A DNA stretch of 64,000 nucleotides from NCBI GenBank assembly GCA_036785375.1, contig JAWMAR010000150.1, positions 3,534,001 through 3,598,000 on the forward strand, in the 5' to 3' direction. Positions 35,626-46,924 of this stretch are shown piece after piece (position 1 is the stretch's first letter; every line of letters begins with the position of its first letter). This stretch comes from Leucoraja ocellata. Its lineage: Eukaryota. The notes beneath the pieces were generated by a model. The model did not search any database and was not told where the DNA came from. It worked only from the letters and a program-made list of their open reading frames with translations. A program made the position numbers and the translations under genes.

Positions 35626-38600
35626 AGAGCAGAGTTCTGGCCACAATTTGTTTTCTCTCTCCTTCCTTTCAAACTGCTCACCTTCTGCACCTTGAGACAA
35701 AATTGCCATCCTTCATTCGTGCCTGGAAACTCAGTCCTATTTCCCTCATTCTAATGTCTAACCATGCAGTTCTGAATGGTTCTTGGCATCATTCAAACTT
35801 TTGTTGCATTGAATCAAAAAAACAAACCCTGGCATTAAGCAAATGTACTCAGCTGTTGATAACTAACGTTTGTAGTATTTAGGCTCTTCACTTCTCCCAA
35901 TTCCCTTTTCAGATATTTTAGTTTGACGTTTCTTTTTGAATATATTCCAATCTCATTTTCTATATTTAACATTGCAAATCCTTATGTTTTCCTGAGCTTC
36001 TGGAAAGATGCAAGAATCATACAGCACAAAAATGGTCCCTCACTCATCAGTTTTCGAAAACTATGGCATATCCATGGGAAAGTCCAGAGAAATCAAAATT
36101 TGTGCAAACACTAAATTGACAGAGGTATCATTGTACTAAATCTGTAGCAGAGTTTAGTATGACCTTTTGTTGCAATTATAGCACAAAATTGATGCATATC
36201 TATAGGTTTCATTCGATTAATATTGTGGGCCTTAGAATATTTTATGATTTTTAAAAGATCTTTATTGTTTAAATAACATTTGCAAGTTTGTCTCTAAATA
36301 TTTTTCATAACCGTGGTTCTATAGATTCTGCTTCATCCTTATCTCCACAAAATTCAGTACAATCTTGCTTACAGGGAAGAACTTTTACTCAACTTTCATT
36401 TTAAACTAAAATATCTTTACTAAGCCGTCTGCCTTCTTGATTGTAAATAACTGAATGTTTGTTCTTGTTTACTTTCCACAGCTCCATTTCTTACCACCTA
36501 ACCACCCCAACAAAGTCTATTACTTTGAATATTTTGTAGTATTAATCTCAATCACTACCCTCAGATAATGGTAGGTAATCCCTCAGTGTGAATTCTTGCA
36601 TATTGGGCCATCACATAAAAAGGCATCTCCACACAAAACTCCAATTCTTTTGTTTTCCCTTACTAATTTGAAATTATTGATGTTTATTTCCTGGATTATA
36701 ATGGTATTCATTTCCTCCGTTACTGTACATATTTCCCCATTTCCTATACAACTTAAGGTAAAGGAACTCCAACCTATCAAATAGCTGAATTCTTCAGGTC
36801 CTTTATCTCAATACATACTCTATTTTTTTTTAATCACTAATTTAAGAAAATATCAATTAAATATCAACTGCAATGCCATTATAATTTTATTCTCCAATAT
36901 AATGTGTTCTTTGCAGGGAATATTTATTGTCCAGCTTCAACTGTTGTTTGTGAAGGCAGTACTAACTCCAACATAAGAGATTGAAATGCTATTGATTTTG
37001 GTATATTATTGTCACGCGAGTTGAGATAGCAAAAACTTTGCATGCTAGCCAGTCAAATCCTGCCGTACACTTGCATAATCAAGCCATACACAGCAGAACT
37101 GGTGGCAAGTACAAAGAGAGAGAGTTCAGAATATAGTACTACATACAGCATTATAGCTGCAGTGAAAGTGCCAATTAAAAAAAAAGTGCAAAGGCCACAA
37201 TGAGGTAGGTTGGGAGATTGGGACCACACCCATAGTTTGCAAGAGGTCCATTCAGTAGCTTCATAACAGGAGGGAAAACGCTGTTTCTGAATCTGGTGTT
37301 AAGGTTGAACTATAGTCAATAACTAGGAGTGTGACATAGGTGTTCTTAATATTCAGATGGTCCTGAAACTTTAACTTGTCAGTGATGAGTGTAGCGTCTT
37401 CCATCTCCCAGGTCCTACACTCGACCAGTAATCTAGAAACCTAGAATAAAGACTTGAACATGTCATCAAATCCCACATTGCAATATTGACCATGAAATTA
37501 GGAGATAGCTTTTTGAAATAATCTGGTTTCCTAGTGTCCATTTATTGGAGGACTTACTTGGTTTGCGCTCCATGCATTTCTGGACCAACTAATGCTCAAC
37601 TGCCCTCTGAAATGGGCCTAGGAAGTTAGATTTACTAAACTGCTCTAATGCAATACATGTTACACCATTAGTCTTTAAACACTAATGAGATAAAGCAGCA
37701 GCAGAAATATTCCCATTCTTTACCAATATACATACTCACCAATAAATACAACACATTTTTAGAAGTTATTATCTGCAAGTTATTTTTAAAAAAACAATGC
37801 CTTATTTCTAAATTAAAGATTCATTCAACATATTGACTGCGAAAATGTTACAAAATAGTTTGTGTCATTTTGCAGGATAATAGAATCGTTAATAAGGCTT
37901 GTTTTTAATTGCCCATCCTTCAATGTCCTTGAGAATGCAAAGCCATCTTGAATTGCTGCAATCTTCTAACGGAAGTATTCCTGTGGAGCTGGAGGATAAA
38001 TTCCAGGATTTAAACCGCAGCGACCATGAAGTTGCAGCAATATCAACCCCAGCCCAAGTGAGAATGTCCTTAACTGAGGAAATTCAATAGGTGATGATCA
38101 TTGAACTACTGCCCTCACATGTTTGAGGTGCTGTTGTCCAAGTAGTACTTTGTAGAGGTTACACATTACTATCATATTTCATCACACTCTTGATGTTAAA
38201 TGGATTGAGTTTTAATTATGTCATTTATTTTTTCCTTTTGCATATGCAGCCAAATTAATAAAAAGTCTCAAGTGAACCAAATACGATTCACTTGCTTACA
38301 TTTATATAAACCTCACTGTATATTTGAAATTGGGCAAAGACTTTCCCCTAAGCTTCTGTCAAAACTATTCATGAGATACCCATTAAATGTCAAGCGGAGC
38401 ATGACAATTCACTCCATTCTTCCTGGACTGTGTTATCCCTTCCTTAATCTCCTGCATAGAGAGAATCAAGGTCACAAGTCCACATCTGAATTGTACTACA
38501 TCAATACACTGCGATCGCTGAGGCAGCTATTTTTAAGCTTGGACAGTCTCATTTGATGTAGCAGTCATAATTATCCAAGAGTCTCGACTAACATTTTGCA

Positions 38601-40419
38601 CTTTGATTTATTTGGCTGTTTTGGGTGTAAAGATCAACACCAGCCACAGTGCAAAACTGGCTAATGAATATTTAGATGATGAGAACCCACAAGAAAAAAG
38701 CAGACTATGTACTTGCAATCAATTGGAAAAAATAACAATTTAAACTTTGGTTGCTGCTTTACAAGCAAAATACTGAAACAAATTAAAACCAATAAGGAAT
38801 CAAGTATAGACACAAAATGCTGGAGTAACTCAGCAGGTCAGACAACATCACTGGAATAAATAGATGGATCGTTGATGTTTCAGGTCCGGACACTTTTTCA
38901 GACCATCTGAAGAAGGGTCCCAACCTGAAACTTCACCTCATGTGGTTCTATAAAACTTCGGACATTGCAAAGTGCAGTTTTAAAATGAGCAATTGTTGGG
39001 CTCTCATGCTGCTTACATGTAATGGCAGAACCCTAGATCAATTTCTCACATCTACCCTACTTAGCCATGTTGTTTAAACTTTCCCCTAAGCTCCCTCTCC
39101 TTAACTTACCAGTAACAGCTAACGACCAAGTTATGCATTGCACAGCAGACCAGAATAAGGCACAGAGCCACCTGGCTGCTTAGAAATCTAGAGCACCCTA
39201 GAATCTAGAGTTGCAGACAAAAATCATGTTGAGTACTCTTACCATGGTTCCATCAAGCTCCTGGTAAACTCCTGCCCATTTCCTTTCACAAATGTCACCT
39301 GACCTATCAAGATTCTCCAGCAGTTTTTTAAATTCTGGAAGTAGGCATTACCCATCTGCTGCGTTTACAGCTGTGAATGATTAGTCCGAGCAGTATATCT
39401 TGGGTATCCACCAAAAAACCATCCCAGCCAGTGTGACTTCCAGGTGTTCAGTTTAGACTGGCTAAGAAATAAAGCAAGCCACTGGTATACCTAGAATTGG
39501 TTAGTCAGGTCCTAAGTTAGTCAACCATTAGTTAAGCGCACTTTGAGAAAATACTCTCCCTTGCTATTAAGGAACATTCTTATTGAGAATTGGAGACACA
39601 GATGCAGGATCTAAGCTTTGCATTTAGAAAAAAACAATGACAGCAAATCCATTTTATTAGCCCTCTTGCTCTTGCACACTGATAAAGTTGGGGAAGTCTG
39701 GATTTGTGGAGGAGAGCATTCAATTACTTCCTTACCTTGTTTTTTTTGGAATGTACTGTGACTATGGTTTCTTGGACAATTAGAAAACATTAATGGATTT
39801 GTGTTGTGCTCAAACTTACTCATTAGGCGAGTTAGACCTAAGAAAAGTAGTAATGGCAATGAAAATCTCAAAAATGAGGACAGCATTAGAAATGAAATTT
39901 AAAACACAGGGAAACATGCAATTCTTTTTGCAAATTAGATTTTTCTTTGTGGAGTTTAACCCTCTGTCTTTCCCATCAGTTTTAATATCACAAGCAGTTG
40001 CAGTATGTATTTTGAAACCCTGTTAGTGGCAGTTCTACATTGAACTAGTTAGCATGATTGCATTAATTCTATTAAAAATAAAATGCTTAGTGGGAGAGTC
40101 TCGTTTCATCGCAATGTCGCCTTCACGGAATTTAATCTTTATGGCAAAGCCTTTAACAAACAGAGCAGCATAGAATTTCACTCAGAAACCCTGACTTCCA
40201 ATCTTTTCCCCCCCAAAGTCACCAAAACAATTTCATTTACTACAATGATAATCATTCTTGTGACTCTACGAATGCACAATGGGAATTTTCATCTGTGATT
40301 GAAGTGACCAAATGTTTAGCCATATTAAATAAAAAATGCAAACTGCTTAAATTCAGCCTACAATTTCAATCATATTGTTAGCAAATATATACACAGCAAC
40401 AAATGTGTGATAAAGCTGT

Positions 40420-40425
40420 TTTATT
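40420..40425 (-). terminator. Candidate polyadenylation signal of the GAC isoform
   Basis: Minus strand reads TTTTGTATTTAATAAAACAGCTTTATCACACATTTGTTGCTGTGT: upstream UGUA, AATAAA, CA dinucleotides, then a GU-rich element. Confidence 0.55.
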
Positions 40426-42759
40426 AAATACAAAATAAGTACAAAGTATACTACGCAAACTTAAAATAAATGTTGGTTACTGTTGCAAAGTAAATTACAA
40501 AACAAACAAAATGCACTAGAAATGCAACAAGTATAAAACATTGAAAGCCCAGTGATACAAAATTAATACCATTTTAAAATTGAACATCTTATTTAACACT
40601 TAACACCAAAGGCTCTATGATCTTTGCTTAACACTTTCTGTAATAGAATACTTCTTTACCTGCATCTTACAGAATACTCTCAGGACATCCAAGTCTTTAA
40701 GCTACCATTTCAATTGACTATCAAGATGTTAGCAACTGCCACACAACCACCCATTTTGCAGCATAATAGTAGCAGCGCATTGATATTACAAATATATGAA
40801 TATTAGAATGTACTTTGCTGGAATTTCAAATATACAGATAACATGAAAAACTGAAGGATCAATATACAGTTTCCACATTCACAATGTGGATAGAAAAAGA
40901 TGACAAAATCAATGTTAAAAGCAACATGGTTTAAATTGGGACAAAAAGAAGTGCAATCAATTACATTGCAGTCGTAGCTTTAGCTGCATACAGTTTCTGG
41001 AATATATGCATGGAATTAAATCAATTACAAACATTTATTTTTGGAAAAAAAAAGGATTGCCTACTTAAGTCAAGCAAGCTTCAATTCTACACCGTAAAAC
41101 ACAAAGTCTTTCATTGCAATAAGAAATGGCAAGCAATTTATGTGCTATTAGTATTCCAATTTCTTGCTTTAAATGAATTGATCTACATGCTAATTTTCTA
41201 GACCAGGAGCCCAAAAGCCAGAATGTTTGCAGAGATACATATGTGTGGTGATCTTAATTTTTAATTATCTATGTTCAAAATCTATGTGGAAGTCAGTCTT
41301 TGGTAAATAGGTTACATTGCAAATAAAAGTGTTGCTTTATACATATATATTTTTTCAACTTCAACTGCAGAAATACTAATGTTTGGAGTACTTTGTTAAG
41401 AAACATAGCAAATCAGCAAGCAAATTTATGAGCATTAATATTGATTTTATATCCTAACCATAGAGCAATCCTTTGATTACACTCATTTATATCATGCTCT
41501 TAATAATAAAAACTTGAAAATGTAAACATCTTTCAATTTGAAAGATCAAAAGGAAACTGTGGTATACTGTAGTCAAAATTGCAAACGGCACTATTTGATG
41601 AAACTACAAATTAATCTTTCAGTACCAACAGCTAACAGAATCTACAGATCAGGATTGTGCTATCCAGTCTCATAAACCTACCCCACAATTTATTACATCA
41701 TGGCTGCTCTGAAATACAAATGCATTTAATTCAATCCCAAATCTCCAAAGGCAAATAATCTACGTTAACTGCCAACACACGTCCTCCATACAAATATTCC
41801 TATTAAAGTGCTGATCTAACAATTCTACGATCTGTCAGTTCTAAAATCCAGATTATTTTACCTGTCTGGACTAATCAGATATTTAATTCTGATTTGCAAA
41901 TACTTCACTATAATGTTTCGGTCCTGAGAAATTCTGGTTATGAACAGTTCTTTGCCGATGTCCTTATTTTTTGTTCATGCACCGCCACACACACCTTATA
42001 ATATGACAAGTATAGACGATATTCATAGCATAATACATTTATAGTATCTGCCAGCCAGAAATAAAAATCCAGAAGATGCAATGATGACAGCCTCACTTGG
42101 ATTAAAATCAAATATTTTTGTAATAAATATTTCCTGGCAGTTTCAATATTACAGCTTGACTACATGTAATACTATTCACTGTACAGATTAATCTTAATTT
42201 TAGTCAGCAATGTGCCATTTGTTGATTAAACTGTATATAAAACTCTAGCATTAAATATGCAGCTAAGCCCATTTCCAATATTATGTCCATAGCCTCCTGC
42301 CAAACACGTCTCCAAAAGAAATATCCAGCCTGCAAAGACAAGATAGAACAATATGCTCTTTCTCTGTAACCTACTCCAATCCAGTCATTCATACATACAA
42401 GTGTGTGCGCCAAATGCAAACGCAACAATGCCAACCACCACCACTGCCGAAAGCCTTATTTTCTCAATCATTAAATGTTCTTTGCAGAATCCAGTCTCAT
42501 TCAGTTTTGCCCTAACACTACTGAGAAAGGCAGACTCTACTCTTCAATTGGCCATTTTTCCAGTTACCAGAGAAAAGGAAGGTTAATTAGAGAGAGAAAA
42601 CGCCCACCAAAAAAACTCCTAAAATAAGAACTTTTCAACAAGCAAAGATAAATTGTGAATGCACCCTTTATATTTTTGCATTTCCCCATACCCAATACAC
42701 TTTTGTAGGTATGTTTCAATAGTCTAAAGAGACATGCTTCATATATGTATTAATACTTA

Positions 42760-43745
42760 ACATGGGGCAGAACCAGACAAGAACAAAGCATAGGAATGAA
42801 ATTTGGGGGATGACCAGAGCAGTTAGTTCAGGAACAGAAATTGAGGATCTGAAAAGTTAGGAATGGAAAGGCAGAAGGTTAGAGGAAAGAATGGGACCTC
42901 AAGACCCCAAAAAATTGCAAATAATGTATCACAGGGAGTGGGAAATATTTTAAGTTTTGGTGCAACAAATTCTGGATTGGGAGTAGTAGTTAGAGATAGC
43001 AGAGGCAAGGGCATGATTGCATAATGATGAACTCAGAACCAACATAGTTACAGAGAATGGGGTGATGGGCAAGCAACCTTTAGTACTACTACAATTTAGC
43101 AGTAAAATACTAATGCGGTCACGTATAGTGGATTGGAGTTGGGATACCAGCTCAGAACTCATTGAATGGCCGAGCCTAAAATTGAAGATAAAAGTTATCA
43201 ACAGCAAAGCCAAGGGTGAGGCAGCAAAGGTTCATAAACAAGCATGACGTTGTGAAAGTGGGGGATATCAATTGTAAGATTGCAGAGACAAAATTATGCA
43301 GCAAAATCTGGGTCATCTGTTTCAGCTCAACATAACCAGTGGGGAGGATGGAATTTATGGTCAAGAACAAATTTTATAGGTGGACAGTAATAACTGTGCC
43401 CTTTAAAATCTGGCAAAGAAATTAAAACACAGTGGTGATGTGATAGAACATGGTTTTAAAAATCTTTGCAAGCCAACATTATATATTTGGATGATTTGGC
43501 TACAGGATAGTAAAGGAGAAATCAAAAATGAACCATACCAAATACTAAGAGAAATTTAGGGCAACTATATTGGGATGTAAAGGACACCATAAAGGGATGA
43601 TCGAGAAAGATACTCTCACATTTAAATATTAGATAACTGCTTGAGAGCATACCACTGAAGAATGTGGGCAAGTGCCAGAAGAGGATTAGAATAGACAGGC
43701 ACTTGATGACCAGCACAAACACAAATCAGCTGAAGGGACCAACTC
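42760..43745 (+). mobile_element. Ancient, highly degenerate CR1-like LINE remnant in the predicted GAC 3' UTR
   Basis: CR1-like 3' end (CCAGCACAAACAC....GCTGAAGGGACC) and purine-biased decayed coding texture; weak. Confidence 0.45.
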
Positions 43746-44077
43746 TGAGCTTCTGATCGCAGCTAATTATCAAGGGTTAAATATTTCCCAGGGCAGTCCC
43801 AAGCTGGACATTGAGCAGGAGCAGAGAGATAGTCGCATTTGTAGCATTGGCTAACAGACCTACATGCAAAAAAAAATTTGGGAGTGATGCTTTCAAAGCT
43901 CACAGCACAAGAGCAAACTGCATTATTTACTGTGTGCAAGAAACAATAGAATAGAAGCAAAATATAAATGAGCTTACTCAAAGTTATTATATGATACTTT
44001 TGTGCATACAAATAATTGCATCAGAATCAATCAAAAGTTTTCAAGAGCAGCAAAAACATGAATCAAATCCAACTGTT

Positions 44078-44227
44078 TTAGTTTCTTACAGCAGGACCTT
44101 GCATTCTATATACAACGGTAGTGGAAGAGTCTTCCTCATTTGGTTCAGTTGATACTTTTCTCCATAGAATCCCATTAAGTGCAAGCTCTTTCTGGAGACT
44201 TTCATAATCCATTGATCCGAAGGAATG
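44078..44227 (-). CDS. GLS: GAC-specific alternative terminal exon 15 (HSFGSMDYESLQKELALNGILWRKVSTEPNEEDSSTTVVYRMQGPAVRN*)
   Basis: Acceptor ...ataccag|CATTCC, phase 0, 49 codons plus TAA. Closely resembles the human GAC tail as recalled (HSFGPLDYESLQQELALKETVWKKVSPESNEDISTTVVYRMESLGEKS). Too short for the ORF track. Confidence 0.95.
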   Translation of the reverse strand, partial: HSFGSMDYESLQKELALNGILWRKVSTEPNEEDSSTTVVYRMQGPAVRN

Positions 44228-45426
44228 CTGGTATTTTAAGCAACATGAATTAAATATTTATATATTTTATATCCTGTATGACTGTCAAACAATTACCCAC
44301 TAAAGTTTGATGAATCTCCTCAACCATGTTAACTACCAACAGTGTTAAAATCCAAATAAAATGAAAATTATATAGCGTTCCTTAAAATCAAAATTTTAAT
44401 TAAATAATCTAATAAACTGCCAGAGTATGCATCCATATAGTAACTCGCTCAGTGCCAAAGATTCCCATAATTGTTCCGATATGCTCAAATCACAAAGTAA
44501 GTTTATATTTGTAGAAATGCTCAACTAGAGTCAAGAGTATATAGAGATTGGTGGAATAATTTCCAATCAATTTTGTTCACTTCTTACAAAATGATCTATC
44601 TTAAAGGGTAATTTGGGTACTAGTTTATTTGATGCAAGCAACATTACTATGGAAAAGCAAATATGAATGGCAGTCTACACAACATACAAGAAAATAAAAA
44701 TATTCTTTGAAAAATAATTTTATGCCAATACCTTATGCTTTTAAAAGTACTGAAATATATATCAACAGAACAAGCTGTATCATAGTTAAAATGTATTACT
44801 AAATTTATCCTTTAAATTGCTATTGGCTTTGCTAAATCATAATGCCCCCCATAATGTCTATATCCCACCCATCAGCTGCACAGTTCCCCGGCTGCTGCCC
44901 TGCAAGTTCACTCAAGCTCCTGACTTCACTGCTGTGATGATCATGCATAATGTAACTGCCTCAGACAAATCTTCAGGTAACTGCCCTTTATGAGTTTAAC
45001 GATCATCGGTCTTAAAGTTCTGATTAGTGTAATTTAAAAATTGTTTGAAAGGATTTACACAATTTAAATATTAATTGATTTGCATACTAACAACTTTAAA
45101 CAGGAATTAAAGTCACAAGTTTTAAGGAAAATAAATAACATACCTCTACTTACCGTTTCAAACAAATGGTGTTATGCTACATAAAGCAGGTGTAAAGCCA
45201 AAGGGTTGGATGCAAAGTCTACCTCGCAACTTGACACAGGACATGCATGCGCTGAACTTGGTGCCAAGTCCACTGGCAGCAATGGAAGTTAGGAGTGTTA
45301 GCATCCAACCATTGCAATGTGTAATCAATGAAATGATCGCGCTGACCAACTTTACAACGGCATAAGAATGAAGACGAGGCGTTGCTGTGCTCTGAGCAAC
45401 CTGGTCGAGGGTGTTGGAGAACCGGG

Positions 45427-45665
45427 ATGGAGGGAGGGATGGAAGCAGAAGCAGCGGCAGGGGCAGATGCGGACGCGGAGCAGGGGCTGGCGAGTGTTTG
45501 CGAGGCTGGCGAGTCACTCGCTGCAGCTCCAGCCATGGAGCAGCCTCAGTGCAACAGTCCTGGGCCATCAGAAGCGCTGCGCTGCTGCCGCGATTCGCCC
45601 TAGTGACCAGCATGGACCAGGCTGCGGCTCGGAGCATCCTGGAGGACAACAAGTGGCTGCTGGAA
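45427..45665 (+). pseudogene. Orphan first-exon-like fragment encoding a UBA-like motif (TDP2-like), one frameshift, followed by a GTAGGT donor
   Basis: MEAEAAAG...EALRCCR / FALVTSMDQAAARSILEDNKWLLE|gtaggt, compared with recalled TDP2 LCVEFASVASCDAAVAQCFLAENDWEME; CpG-rich. Confidence 0.6.
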
Positions 45666-45769
45666 GTAGGTACCAAGCACTGCTTAGAAGCAGTGGAAGA
45701 TAGTGGCCTTCAAATGGGAGTGGTTGGAGAAAGCATCCTGCTTGCCTGCTAGATTTTCACTTAATGTAA

Positions 45770-46125
45770 CTGCAGGAAAATTGTTCCCGATGTTAGGGGA
45801 GTCCAGAACCAGGGGTCACAGTTTAAGAATAAGGGGTAAGCAATTTAGGACTGAGATGAGGACAAACTTTCTTACCCAGAGAATCTAGGAATTCTGTGGA
45901 ATTCTCTGCCACAGAAAGCAGTGGAGGCCAATTCACTGGATGTTTTCAAGAGGGAGTTACATTTAATCTTGGGGCTAGCGAAATCAAGGGATATGGGGAA
46001 AAAACAGGAAGGGGGTACTGAATGGGAAAGGGGTATGATGACCAACCATTATCATATTGCATGGCAGTGCAAGCTCGAAGGGCCAAATGGCCTATTCCTG
46101 CACCTATTTTCTATGTTTCTATGCT
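45770..46125 (+). mobile_element. CR1 LINE 3' end
   Basis: LFPMLGESRTRGHSLRIRG; (TTTCTATG)n tail. Confidence 0.88.
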
Positions 46126-46924
46126 TGAGTATATGGCAATAAAACTCGACCACTTGATTTTGAAGCATTCATGCATGGTGGAGGTATAATGTAGTCATAG
46201 GGTGATGCAGTGTGAAAACAGGACCTTCGGCCCAACTTGCCCACACCCGCCAACATGTCCCAGCTGCAAGACCTGCTTTTGGTCCATCTCTCCTAACCCG
46301 TCCAATCCACGTATCAGTCTGTTTCTTAAATGTTGGGATAGTCCTTGCCTCAACTACCTTTCTCTGGCAACTTGTTCCATACACCACCACTTGTTCCATA
46401 TACCCACCATAACCTGGAAAAAGTTACCCCTCAGATTCCTATAAAATCTTTTCCCCTTCACCTTAAATCTGTCCTCTGGTCCTCGATTCACCTACTCTGG
46501 GCAAGAGGCTCAGTGCATTGAAATGTACATTTCTAATGCATTTTAGATTTCTCGGAAGTCTTACTTTAAAAAAAAAAGTAAAATTTCCACAAATATATAC
46601 CCCCTTCATTAATATTATTGATGATTATTCTAAATTCAAATCAAAATGAAATATACGATAAAAAGGAGAATGTATACTTTCAAAATACTCCCCCCCCCCC
46701 CGAGCAAAACATAATCTGTATGATTTTGCAAAATCAGGAATTAAGTGATTATTTCTTGTCCCTTTTTCCAACTACAAAATAAAATTTTAAAAAAAGCACT
46801 TGAAATAACAAAAGTTTTTTTGTCAAATTTTCTGTACCGTGGAAAGCACTGGCGGTGATTCTGGGTGGGTGGGGGTGGGGGATATATCCCCCCCACTTTG
46901 TGAGGTGGGGGATGGCCTGTATTA

